This document shows, in pieces, positions 41,801-54,319 of a stretch of DNA of 64,000 nt. Below the pieces are notes generated by a model. It was not told the origin of the DNA and ran no database searches. It worked only from the letters and a program-made list of their open reading frames with translations. How positions within the stretch are numbered: the first letter of the stretch is position 1; every line of letters begins with the position of its first letter. The stretch spans positions 341,146-405,145 of the forward strand of contig JBHGNT010000028.1 in assembly GCA_043228905.1 (NCBI GenBank), read 5' to 3'. A program made the position numbers and the translations under genes. Source of the DNA: Azolla caroliniana (lineage: Eukaryota; Plantae; Polypodiophyta).

Positions 41801-44800
41801 ACTCGCCAGATATGAACATTTTAATTTACCTAGCAGCTCTTCCCAACTCACTCCTCAAATTTGCTAATTTCGTCATGTCTCTCGACCTGAGTTTCAAAAT
41901 CTTGATTTTTTAATTCCATATCATAGCTAGCGTTGTTAGCTTCGATTCGCATGTTTGAACACAAAAATCCGATATCACACGAGCCAGGTATGATCATTTT
42001 AATTTACCTACTAGCTCTTCCCAACTCACTCCTCAAATTTGCTAATTTCGTCATGTCTCTCGACGTGAGTTTCAAAATCTTGATTTTTTAATTCCATATC
42101 ATAGCTAGCGTTGTTAGCTTCGATTCGCATGTTTGAACACAAAAGTCCGATATCACACTCGCCAGTTATGAACATTTTAATTTACCTAGTAGCTCTTCCC
42201 AACTACCTGCTCATGTTGCTAATTTCGTCATGTCTCTCGACCTGAGTTTCAAAATCTTGATTTTTTAATTCCATATCATAGCTAGCGTTGTTAGCTTCGA
42301 TTCGCATGTTTGAACACAAAAATCCGATATCCCACTCGCCAGATATGAACATTTTAATTTACCTACTAGCTCTTCCCAACTCACTCCTCAAATTTGGGAA
42401 TTTCGTCATGTCTCTCGACCTGAGTTTCAAAATCTTTATTTTTTAATTCCATATCATAGCTAGCGTTGTAAGCTTCGATTCACATGTTTGAACACAAAAA
42501 TCCGATATCACACTCGCCAGTTATGAACATTTTAATTTACCTACTAGCTCTTCCCAACTCCCTCCTCATGTTGCTAATTTCGTCATGTCTCTCGACCTGA
42601 GTTTCAAAATCTTGATTTTGTTAATTCCATATCATAGCTAGCGTTGTTAGCTTCGATTGGCATGTTTGAACACAAAAATCCGATATCACACGTGCCAGGT
42701 ATGATCATTTTAATTTACTCAAGGGCTCTTCTCAACTCCCTCGTCAAGGTTGCTAATTTCGTCATGTCTCTCGACCTGAGTTTCAAAATCTTGATTTTTT
42801 CATTCCATATCATAGCTAGCGTTGTTAGCTTCGATTCGCATGTTTGAACACAAAAAACCGATATCACACTCACCAGATATGAACATTTTAATTTACCTAG
42901 CAGCTCTTCCCAACTCACTCCTCAAATTTGGGAATTTCGTCATATCTCTCGACCTGAGTTTCAAAATCTTGATTTTTTAATTCCATATCATAGCTAGCGT
43001 TGTTAGGTTCGATTCGCATGTTTGAACACAAAAATCCGATATCACACTCGCCAGATATGAACATTTTAATTTACCTAGCAGCTCTTCCCAACTCACTCCT
43101 CAAATTTGCTAATTTCGTCATGTCTCTCGACCTGCGTTTCAAAATCTTCATTTTTTAATTCCATATCATAGCTACCGTTGTGAGCTTCCATTCGCATGTT
43201 TGAACACAAAAAACCGATATCACACTCACCAGATATGAACATTTTAATTTACCTACTAGCTCTTCCCAACTCCCTCCTCATGTTGCTAATTTCGTGATGT
43301 CTCTCGACCTGAGTTTCAAAATCTTGATTTTGTTAATTCCATATCATAGCTAGCGTTGTTAGCTTCAATTCACATGTTTGAACACAAAAATCCGATATCA
43401 CACTCGCCAGATATGAACATTTTAATTTACCTACTAGCTCTTCCCAACTACCTGCTCATGTTGCTAATTTCGTCATGTCTCTCGACCTGAGTTTCAAAAT
43501 CTTGATTTTTTAATTCCATATCGTAGCTAGCGTTGTTAGCTTCAATTCGCATGTTTGAACACAAAAATCCGATATCACACTCGCCAGATATGAACATTTT
43601 AATTTACCTACTAGCTCTTCCCAACTCCCTCCTCATGTTGCTAATTTCGTGATGTCTCTCGACCTGAGTTTCAAAATCTTGATTTTGTTAATTCCATATC
43701 ATAGCTAGCGTTGTTAGCTTCGATTGGCATGTTTGAACACAAAAATCCGATATCACACGAGCCAGGTATGATCATTTTAATTTACTCAAGGGCTCTTCTC
43801 AACTCCCTCGTCAAGGTTGCTAATTTCGTCATGTCTCTCGACCTGAGTTTCAAAATCTTGATTTTTTCATTCCATATCATAGCTAGCGTTGTTAGCTTCG
43901 ATTCGCATGTTTGAACACAAAAAACCGATATCACACTCACCAGATATGAACATTTTAATTTACCTACTAGCTCTTCCCAACTCACTCCTCATGTTGCTAA
44001 TTTCGTCATGTCTCTCGACCTGAGTTTCAAAATCTTGTTTTTTTAATTCCATATCATAGCTAGCGTTGTTAGCTTCGATTCGCATGTTTGAACACAAAAA
44101 TCCGATATCACACTCGCCAGATATGAACATTTTAATTTACCTACTAGCTCTTCCCAACTCCCTCCTCATGTTGCTAATTTCGTCATGTCTCTGGACCTGA
44201 GTTTCAAAATCTTGATTTTGTTAATTCCATATCATAGCTAGCGTTGTTAGCTTCGATTCGCATGTTTGAACACAAAAATCCGATATCCCACTCGCCAGGT
44301 ATGATCATTTTAATTTACCTACTAGCTCTTCCCAACTCACTCCTCAAATTTGGGAATTTCGTCATCTCTCTCGACCTGAGTTTCAAAATCTTGATTTTTT
44401 AATTCCATATCATAGCTAACGTTGTTAGCTTCGATTCACATGATTGAACACAAAAATCCGATATCACACTCGCCAGTTATGAACATTTTAATTTACCTAC
44501 TAGCTCTTCCCAACTCCCTCCTCATGTTGCTAATTTTGTCATGTCTCTCGACCTGAGTTTAAAAATCTTGATTTTTTAATTCCATATCCTAGCTAGCGTT
44601 GTTAGCTTCGATTCGCATGTTTGAACACAAAAATCCGAAATCCCACTCGCCAGATATGAACATTTTAATTTACCTACTAGCTCTTCCCAACTCACTCCTC
44701 AAATTGGCTAATTTCCTCATGTCTCTCGACCTGAGTTTCAAAATCTTGATTTTTTAATTCCATATCATAGCTAGCGTTGTTAGCTTCGATTCGCATGTTT

Positions 44801-47800
44801 GAACACAAAAGTCCGATATCACACTCGCCAGTTATGAACATTTTAATTTACCTAGTAGCTCTTCCCAACTCCCTCCTCATGTTGCTAATTTCGTCATGTC
44901 TCTCGACCTGAGTTTCAAAATCTTGATTTTTTAATTCGATATCATAGCTAGCGTTGTTAGCTTCGATTCGCATGTTTGAACACAAAAATCCGATATCACA
45001 CTCGCCAGATATGAACATTTTAATTTACCTACTAGCTCTTCCCAACTCACCCCTCAAATTTCGGAATTTCCTCATGTCTCTCGACCTGAGTTTCAAAATC
45101 TTGATTTTTTAATTCCATATCATAGCTAGCGTTGTTAGCTTCGATTCCCATGTTTGAACACAAAAATCCGATATCCCACTCGCCAGATATGAACATTTTA
45201 ATTTACCTACTAGCTCTTCCCAACTCACGCCTCAAATTTGGGAATTTCGTCATGTCTCTCGACCTGAGTTTCAAAATCTTGATTTTTTAATTCCATATCA
45301 TAGCTAGCGTTGTTAGGTTCGATTCGCATGTTTGAACACAAAAATCCGATATTCCACTCGCCAGATATGAACATTTTAATTTACCTACTAGCTCTTCCCA
45401 ACTCACCCCTCAAATTTCGGAATTTCGTCATGTCTCTCGACCTGAGTTTCAAAATCTTGATTTTTTAATTCCATATCATAGCTAGCGTTGTTAGCTTCGA
45501 TTCGCATGTTTGAACACAAAAATCCGATATCCCACTCGCCAGATATGAACATTTTAATTTACCTACTAGCTCTTCCCAACTCACCCCTCAAATTTCGGAA
45601 TTTCGTCATGTCTCTCGACCTGAGTTTCAAAATCTTGATTTTTTAATTCCATATCATAGCTAGCGTTGTTAGCTTCGATTCGCATGTTTGAACACAAAAA
45701 GCCGATATCCCACTCGCCAGATATGAACATTTTAATTTACCTACTAGCTCTTCCCAACTCACTCCTCAAATTTGGGAATTTCGTCATGTCTCTCGACCTG
45801 AGTTTCAAAATCTTGATTTTTTAATTCCATATCATAGCTAGCGTTGTTAGCTTCGATTCGCACGTTTGAACAGAAAAATCCGATATCACACGAGCCAGGT
45901 ATGAACATTTTAATTTACCTACTAGCTCTTCCCAACTCACTCCTCAAATTTGCTAATTTTGTCATGTCTCTCGACCTGAGTTTCAAAATCTTGATTTTTT
46001 AATTCCATATCATAGCTAGCGTTGTTAGCTTCGATTCGCATGTTTGAACACAAAAATCCGATATCACACGAGCCAGGTATGAACATTTTAATTTACTCCA
46101 GGGATCCTCTCAACTCCCTCGTCAAGGTTGCTAATTTCGTCATGTCTCTCGTCCTGAGTTTCAAAATCTTGATTTTTTAATTCCATATCATAGATAATGT
46201 TGTTAGCTTCGATTCGCATGTTTGAACACAAAAATCCGAATATCCCACTCGCCAGATATGAACATTTTAATTTACCTACTAGCTCTTCCCAACTCACTCC
46301 TCAAATTTGGGAATTTCGTCATGTCTCTCGACCTGAGTTTCAAAATCTTGATTTTTTAATTCCATATCATAGCTAGCGTTGTTAGCTTCGATTCGCATGT
46401 TTGAACACAAAAATCCGATATCCCACTCGCCAGATATGAACATTTTAATTTACCTACTAGCTCTTCGCAACTCACTCCTCAAATTTGGGAATTTCGTCAT
46501 GTCTCTCGACCTGAGTTTCAAAATCTTGATTTTTTAATTCCATATCATAGCTAACGTTGTTAGCTTCGATTCACATGATTGAACACAAAAATCCGATATC
46601 ACACTCGCCAGTTATGAACATTTTAATTTACCTACTAGCTCTTCCCAACTCCCTCCTCATGTTGCTAATTTTGTCATGTCTCTCAACCTGAGTTTCAAAA
46701 TCTTAATTTTTTAATTCCATATCGTAGCTAGCGTTGTTAGCTTCGATTCACATGTTTGAACACAAAAATCCGATATCACACGAGCCAGGTATGAACATTT
46801 TAATTTACTCATGGGCTCCTCTCAACTCCCTGCTCATGTTTGCTAATTTCGTCATGTCTCTCGACGTGAGTTTCAAAATCTTGATTTTTTAATTCCATAT
46901 CATAGCTAGCGTTGTTAGCTTCGATTCGCATGTTTGAACACAAAAATCCGATATCACACTCGCCAGATATGAACATTTTAATTTACCTAGCAGCTCTTCC
47001 CAACTCACTCCTCAAATTTGCTAATTTCGTCATGTCTCTCGACGTGAGTTTCAAAATCTTGATTTTTTAATTCCATATCATAGCTAGCGTTGTTAGCTTC
47101 CATTCGCATGTTTGAACACAAAAATCCGATATCACACTCGCCAGTTATGAACATTTTAATTTACCTAGTAGCTCTTCCCAACTCCCTCCTCATGTTGCTA
47201 ATTTCGTCATGTCTCTCGACCTCGGTTTCAAAATCTTGATTTTTTAATTCCATATCATAGCTAGCGTAGCTTCGATTCACATGTTTGAACACAAAAATCC
47301 GATATCACACTCGCCAGTTATGAACATTTTAATTTACCTACTAGCTCTTCCCAACTCCCTCCTCATGTTGCTAATTTCGTCATGTCTCTCGACCTGAGTT
47401 TCAAAATCTTGATTTTTTAATTCCATATCATAGCTCGCGTTGTTAGCTTCGATTCGCATGTTTGAACACAAAAATCCGATATCACACTCGCCAGTTATGA
47501 ACATTTTAATTTACCTAGCAGCTCTTCCCAACTCACTCCTCAAATTTGCTAATTTCGTCATGTCTCTCGACCTGAGTTTCAAAATCTTGATTTTTTAATT
47601 CCATATCATAGCTCGCGTTGTTAGCTTCGATTCGCATGTTTGAACACAAAAATCCGATATCACACGTGCCAGGTATGATCATTTTAATTTACTCAAGGGC
47701 TCTTCTCAACTCCCTCGTCAAGGTTGCTAATTTCGTCATGTCTCTGGACCTGAGTTTCAAAATCTTGATTTTTTCATTCCATATCATAGCTAGCGTTGTT

Positions 47801-50800
47801 AGCTTCGATTCGCATGTTTGAACACAAAAAACCGATATCACACTCACCAGATATTAACATTTTAATTTACCTACTAGCTCTTCCCAACTCACTCCTCATG
47901 TTGCTAATTTCGTCATGTCTCTCGACCTGAGTTTCAAAATCTTGATTTTTTAATTCCATATCATAGCTACCGTTGTTAGCTTCCATTCGCATGTTTGAAC
48001 ACAAAAAACCGATATCACACTCACCAGATATGAACATTTTAATTTACCTAGTAGCTCTTCCCAACTCCCTCCTCATGTTGCTAATTTCGTCATGTCTCTC
48101 GACCTGAGTTTCAAAATCTTGATTTTTTAATTCGATATCATAGCTAGCGTTGTTAGCTTCGATTCACATGTTTGAACACAAAAATCCGATATCACACTCG
48201 CCAGATATGAACATTTTAATTTACCTACTAGCTCTTCCCAACTCACTCCTCAAATTGGCTAATTTCCTCATGTCTCTCGACCTGAGTTTCAAAATCTTGA
48301 TTTTTTAATTCCATATCATAGCTAGCGTTGTTAGCTTCGATTCGCATGTTTGAACACAAAAGTCCGATATCACACTCGCCAGTTATGAACATTTTAATTT
48401 ACCTAGTAGCTCTTCCCAACTCCCTCCTCATGTTGCTAATTTCGTCATGTCTCTCGACCTGAGTTTCAAAATCTTGATTTTTTAATTCGAGATCATAGCT
48501 AGCGTTGTTAGCTTCGATTCGCATGTTTGAACACAAAAATCCGATATCACACTCGCCAGATATGAACATTTTAATTTACCTACTAGCTCTTCCCAACTCA
48601 CCCCTCAAATTTCGGAATTTCCTCATGTCTCTCGACCTGAGTTTCAAAATCTTGATTTTTTAATTCCATATCATAGCTAGCGTTGTTAGCTTCGATTCGC
48701 ATGTTTGAACACAAAAGTCCGATATCACACTCGCCAGTTATGAACATTTTAATTTACCTAGTAGCTCTTCCCAACTCCCTCCTCATGTTGCTAATTTCGT
48801 CATGTCTCTCGACCTGAGTTTCAAAATCTTGATTTTTTAATTCGAGATCATAGCTAGCGTTGTTAGCTTCGATTCGCATGTTTGAACACAAAAATCCGAT
48901 ATCACACTCGCCAGATATGAACATTTTAATTTACCTACTAGCTCTTCCCAACTCACCCCTCAAATTTCGGAATTTCCTCATGTCTCTCGACCTGAGTTTC
49001 AAAATCTTGATTTTTTAATTCCATATCATAGCTAGCGTTGTTAGCTTCGATTCGCATGTTTGAACACAAAAATCCGATATCCCACTCGCCAGATATGAAC
49101 ATTTTAATTTACCTACTAGCTCTTCCCAACTCACCCCTCAAATTTCGGAATTTCGTCATGTCTCTCGACCTGAGTTTCAAAATCTTGATTTTGTTAATTT
49201 CATATCATAGCTAGCGTTGTTAGCTTCGATTGGCATGTTTGAACACAAAAATCCGATATCACACGAGCCAGGTATGATCATTTTAATTTACTCAAGGGCT
49301 CTTCTCAACTCCCTCGTCAAGGTTGCTAATTTCGTCATGTCTCTCGACCTGAGTTTCAAAATCTTGATTTTTTCATTCCATATCATAGCTAGCGTTGTTA
49401 GCTTCGATTCGCATGTTTGAACACAAAAAACCGATATCACACTCACCAGATATGAACATTTTAATTTACCTACTAGCTCTTCCCAACTCACTCCTCATGT
49501 TGCTAATTTCGTCATGTCTCTCGACCTGAGTTTCAAAATCTTGTTTTTTTAATTCCATATCATAGTTAGCGTTGTAAGCTTCGATTCACATGTTTGAACA
49601 CAAAAATCCGATATCACACTCGCCAGTTATGAACATTTTAATTTACCTAGCAGCTCTTCCCAACTCACTCCTCAAATTTGCTAATTTCGTCATGTCTCTC
49701 GACCTGAGTTTCAAAATCTTGATTTTTTAATTCCATATCATAGCTAGCGTTGTTAGCTTCGATTCGCATGTTTGAACACAAAAATCCGATATCACACTCG
49801 CCAGATATGAACATTTTAATTTACCTACTAGCTCTTCCCAACTCACTCCTCATGTTGCTAATTTCGTCATGTCTCTGGACCTGAGTTTCAAAATCTTGAT
49901 TTTTTAATTCCATATCATAGCTAGCGTTGTAAGCTTCGATTCACATGTTTGAACACAAAAATCCGATATGACACTCGCCAGTTATGAACATTTTAATTTA
50001 CCTAGTAGCTCTTCCCAACTCCCTCCTCATGTTGCTAATTTCGTCATGTCTCTCGACCTGAGTTTCAAAATCTTTATTTTTTAATTCCATATCATAGCTA
50101 GCGTTGTAAGCTTCGATTCACATGTTTGAACACAAAAATCCGATATGACACTCGCCAGTTATGAACATTTTAATTTACCTAGTAGCTCTTCCCAACTCCC
50201 TCCTCATGTTGCTAATTTCGTCATGTCTCTCGACCTGAGTTTCAAAATCTTGATTTTGTTAATTCCATATCATAGCTAGCGTTGTTAGCTTCGATTGGCA
50301 TGTTTGAACACAAAAATCCGATATCACACGTGCCAGGTATGATCATTTTAATTTACTCAAGGGCTCTTCTCAACTCCCTCGTCAAGGTTGCTAAATTCGT
50401 CATGTCTCTCGACCTGAGTTTCAAAATCTTGATTTTTTCATTCCATATCATAGCTAGCGTTGTTAGCTTCGATTCGCATGTTTGAACACAAAAAACCGAT
50501 ATCACACTCACCAGATATGAACATTTTAATTTACCTAGCAGCTCTTCCCAACTCACTCCTCAAATTTGGGAATTTCGTCATATCTCTCGACCTGAGTTTC
50601 AAAATCTTGATTTTTTAATTCCATATCATAGCTAGCGTTGTTAGCTTCGATTCGCATGTTTGAACACAAAAATCCGATATCACACTCGCCAGATATGAAC
50701 ATTTTAATTTACCTAGCAGCTCTTCCCAACTCACTCCTCAAATTTGCTAATTTCGTCATGTCTCTCGACCTGCGTTTCAAAATCTTCATTTTTTAATTCC

Positions 50801-53492
50801 ATATCATAGCTACCGTTGTGAGCTTCCATTCGCATGTTTGAACACAAAAAACCGATATCACACTCACCAGATATGAACATTTTAATTTACCTACTAGCTC
50901 TTCCCAACTCACTCCTCATGTTGCTAATTTCGTCATGTCTCTCGACCTGAGTTTCAAAATCTTGTTTTTTTAATTCCATATCATAGTTAGCGTTGTAAGC
51001 TTCGATTCACATGTTTGAACACAAAAATCCGATATCACACTCGCCAGTTATGAACATTTTAATTTACCTAGCAGCTCTTCCCAACTCACTCCTCAAATTT
51101 GCTAATTTCGTCATGTCTCTCGACCTGAGTTTCAAAATCTTGATTTTTTAATTCCATATCATAGCTCGCGTTGTTAGCTTCGATTCGCATGTTTGAACAC
51201 AAAAATCCGATATCACACGTGCCAGGTATGATCATTTTAATTTACTCAAGGGCTCTTCTCAACTCCCTCGTCAAGGTTGCTAATTTCGTCATGTCTCTGG
51301 ACCTGAGTTTCAAAATCTTGATTTTTTCATTCCATATCATAGCTAGCGTTGTTAGCTTCGATTCGCATGTTTGAACACAAAAAACCGATATCACACTCAC
51401 CAGATATTAACATTTTAATTTACCTACTAGCTCTTCCCAACTCACTCCTCATGTTGCTAATTTCGTCATGTCTCTCGACCTGAGTTTCAAAATCTTGATT
51501 TTTTAATTCCATATCATAGCTACCGTTGTTAGCTTCCATTCGCATGTTTGAACACAAAAAACCGATATCACACTCACCAGATATGAACATTTTAATTTAC
51601 CTACTAGCTCTTCCCAACTCACTCCTCATGTTGCTAATTTCGTCATGTCTCTCGACCTGAGTTTCAAAATCTTGATTTTTTAATTCCATATCATAGCTAG
51701 CGTTGTAAGCTTCGATTCACATGTTTGAACACAAAAATCCGATATCACACTCGCCAGTTATGAACATTTTAATTTACCTACTAGATCTTCCAACTCCCTC
51801 CTCATGTTGCTAATTTCGTGATGTCTCTCGACCTGAGTTTCAAAATCTTGATTTTGTTAATTCCATATCATAGCTAGCGTTGTAAGCTTGGATTCACATG
51901 TTTGAACACAAAAATCCGATATCACACTCGCCAGTTATGAACATTTTAATTTACCTACTAGCTCTTCCCAACTCCCTCCTCATGTTGCTAATTTCGTGAT
52001 GTCTCTCGACCTGAGTTTCAAAATCTTGATTTTGTTAATTCCATATCATAGCTAGCGTTGTTAGCTTCGATTCACATGTTTGAACACAAAAATCCGATAT
52101 CACACTCGCCAGATATGAACATTTTAATTTACCTACTAGCTCTTCCCAACTACCGGCTCATGTTGCTAATTTCGTGATGTCTCTCGACCTGAGTTTCAAA
52201 ATCTTGATTTTTTAATTCCATATCATAGCTAGCGTTGTTAGCTTCGATTCGCATGTTTGAACACAAAAATCCGATATCACACTCGCCAGATATGCACATT
52301 TTAATTTACCTACTAGCTCTTCCCAACTCACTCCTCATGTTGCTAATTTCGTCATGTCTCTCGACCTGAGTTTCAAAATCTTGATTTTTTAATTCCATAT
52401 CATAGCTAGCGTTGTAAGCTTCGATTCACATGTTTGAACACAAAAATCCGATATGACACTCGCCAGTTATGAACATTTTAATTTACCTAGTAGCTCTTCC
52501 CAACTCCCTCCTCATGTTGCTAATTTCGTCATGTCTCTCGACCTGAGTTTCAAAATCTTTATTTTTTAATTCCATATCATAGCTAGCGTTGTAAGCTTCG
52601 ATTCACATGTTTGAACACAAAAATCCGATATCACACTCGCCAGTTATGAACATTTTAATTTACCTAGTAGCTCTTCCCAACTCCCTCCTCATGTTGCTAA
52701 TTTCGTCATGTCTCTCGACCTGAGTTTCAAAATCTTTATTTTTTAATTCCATATCATAGCTAGCGTTGTAAGCTTCGATTCACATGTTTGAACACAAAAA
52801 TCCGATATCACACTCGCCAGTTATGAACATTTTAATTTACCTACTAGCTCTTCCCAACTCCCTCCTCATGTTGCTAATTTCGTCATGTCTCTCGACCTGA
52901 GTTTCAAAATCTTGATTTTGTTAATTCCATATCATAGCTAGCGTTGTTAGCTTCGATTGGCATGTTTGAACACAAAAATCCGATATCACACGTGCCAGGT
53001 ATGATCATTTTAATTTACTCAAGGGCTCTTCTCAACTCCCTCGTCAAGGTTGCTAATTTCGTCATGTCTCTCGACCTGAGTTTCAAAATCTTGATTCGCA
53101 TGTTTGAACACAAAAATCCGATATCACACTCGCCAGATATGAACATTTTAATTTACTCAAGGGCTCCTCTCAACTCCCTCCTCATGTTTGCTAATTTCGT
53201 CATGTCTCTCGACCTGAGTTTCAAAATCTTGATTTTTTAATTCCATATCATAGCTAGCGTTGTTAGCTTCGATTCGCATGTTTGAACACAAAAAGCCGAT
53301 ATCCCACTCGCCAGATATGAACATTTTAATTTACTCAAGGGCTCCTCTCAACTCCCTCCTCATGTTTGCTAATTTCGTCATGTCTCTCGACCTGAGTTTC
53401 AAAATCTTGATTTTTTAATTCCATATCATAGCTAGCGTTGTTAGCTTCGATTGGAATGTTTGAACATAAAAATCCGATATCACACGAGCCAG

Positions 53493-53497
53493 GTATG
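53493..53497 (+). other. Target-site duplication GTATG (left copy)
   Basis: The satellite normally reads GAGCCAGGTATGAACATT; here it reads GAGCCAG-GTATG-[element]-GTATG-AACATT. Confidence 0.96.
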
Positions 53498-53529
53498 TGT
53501 TGGGATTTCGGTCCCTCCGGATGGGATGT

Positions 53530-53820
53530 CCGGATGATGAATACCTCGGCTACGGAGCCGGATGATGAAGACCCCGGTTACGGAGCCGGATGACGAAGAC
53601 CCCGGCTACGGAGCCGGATGAGGAAGACCGCGGTTACGGAGCCGGATGACGAAGACCCCGGCTACGGAGCCGGATGACGAAGACCCCGGTTACGGAGCCG
53701 GATGACGAAGACCCGGCTACGGAGCCGGATTAAGAAGACCCCGGTTACGGAGCCGGATGACGAAGACCCCGGTTACGGAGCCGGATGACGAAGACCCCGG
53801 TTACGGAGCCGGATGATGAA
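53530..53820 (+). repeat. 28-bp GC-rich minisatellite in 5' LTR U3, 10 units plus a partial unit
   Basis: Unit CCGGATGAYGAAGACCCCGGYTACGGAG; starts at 53530, 53558, 53586, 53614, 53642, 53670, 53698 (27 bp), 53725, 53753 and 53781. Confidence 0.95.
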
Positions 53821-53919
53821 TGTACCCGGAGAGAGATCCGGATGCGGGGACATATTTGTGAATATGTTTGCCAAGGGCCCTTGAGGCTATATTTGTAAAT
53901 AGCCCGAAAGTCATATGTG

Positions 53920-53927
53920 TATAAATA
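53920..53927 (+). promoter_or_regulatory. Putative LTR TATA box (TATAAATA); copy at 58909-58916
   Basis: Canonical motif downstream of the U3 repeats, where an LTR promoter is expected. No transcript evidence. Confidence 0.65.
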
Positions 53928-54001
53928 TGACTTAGGGCAAACAGTTTTTGTTGTTGCTCATTTTCTGTTTTCCACTTAGAGGGAGCGAAGTGAGAGCAGC
54001 C

Positions 54002-54021
54002 GAGAGAGAGAGAGAGAGAGA
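54002..54021 (+). repeat. (GA)10 microsatellite in the LTR; same length at 58991-59010
   Basis: Read directly from the sequence in both LTRs. Confidence 0.9.
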
Positions 54022-54291
54022 AACGAGGAGGTCGTCGCCTCTGTGTATTACCACCGCCTGTGGCGAAGACAGTGAGCTCAAGGTTGTTGCCTTGAAGCTT
54101 CACCATTGTACATCTCTGTTCATAGTGATAGTTGGAGTTTGAGGACTCCCGTGGTTTTTCCCATTTAGGGTTTTCCACGTAAAATATCCTGTGTACTCTT
54201 CTCTCGAAAGTCTTCGTGTACTTTGTATTTCCTATTTTCTGTGAGTTGATCCTATTCCTAGGTTGTGGCCGAGCACTGTTTTTCAACAAAG

Positions 54292-54303
54292 TGGTATCAG
54301 AGC
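54292..54303 (+). promoter_or_regulatory. Primer-binding site for initiator tRNA-Met
   Basis: TGGTATCAGAGC lies 3 nt after the 5' LTR end and is the standard plant tRNA-iMet PBS. Confidence 0.95.
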
Positions 54304-54319
54304 GACGGTAACACAGAAA

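Larger units (their letters stand above)
1..53497. repeat. Tandem satellite array, 177-178 bp monomer, about 300 head-to-tail copies (left domain), probably centromeric/pericentromeric; continues beyond window start
   Basis: CATATC recurs at 1, 179, 357, 534, 711 and onward (177/178 bp period). Approximate consensus: CATATCATAGCTAGCGTTGTTAGCTTCGATTCGCATGTTTGAACACAAAAATCCGATATCACACTCGCCAGATATGAACATTTTAATTTACCTACTAGCTCTTCCCAACTCACTCCTCATGTTGCTAATTTCGTCATGTCTCTCGACCTGAGTTTCAAAATCTTGATTTTTTAATTC. No inversion seen. A centromeric role is inferred from monomer length and array size only. Confidence 0.98.
53498..54288 (+). repeat. 5' LTR (791 bp)
   Basis: Starts TGTTGGGATTTCGG, ends TTTTTCAACA; direct repeat of 58404-59277; followed by the PBS. 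Confidence 0.97.

Noticed and set aside
5521-53240. Many near-identical 67-98 aa ORFs on both strands (MLASIGMFEHK..., MSWEELLGKLK...)
   Set aside because: They are translations of satellite monomers that open only where a TAA>TCA variant or a deletion removes a stop. They start at non-ATG codons and show no domain. Useful only as HOR markers.
1-53497. 5S rDNA, tRNA or telomere-derived array
   Set aside because: No 5S or tRNA motifs and no TTTAGGG tracts were recognised in the monomer.
53530-53820. 28-bp repeats resembling a CRISPR array
   Set aside because: The units are contiguous with no unique spacers, lie inside a eukaryotic LTR, and no cas genes are present.
53801-54289. 162/165-aa antisense ORF and 64-aa sense ORF in both LTRs
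   Set aside because: They appear twice only because the LTR is duplicated, run through the (GA)n tract and lack a recognisable domain. No support for coding.
54263-54319. ORF-track start of the polyprotein at 54263
   Set aside because: It is a TTG inside the LTR upstream of the PBS. The ATG at 54320 fits the Gag start.
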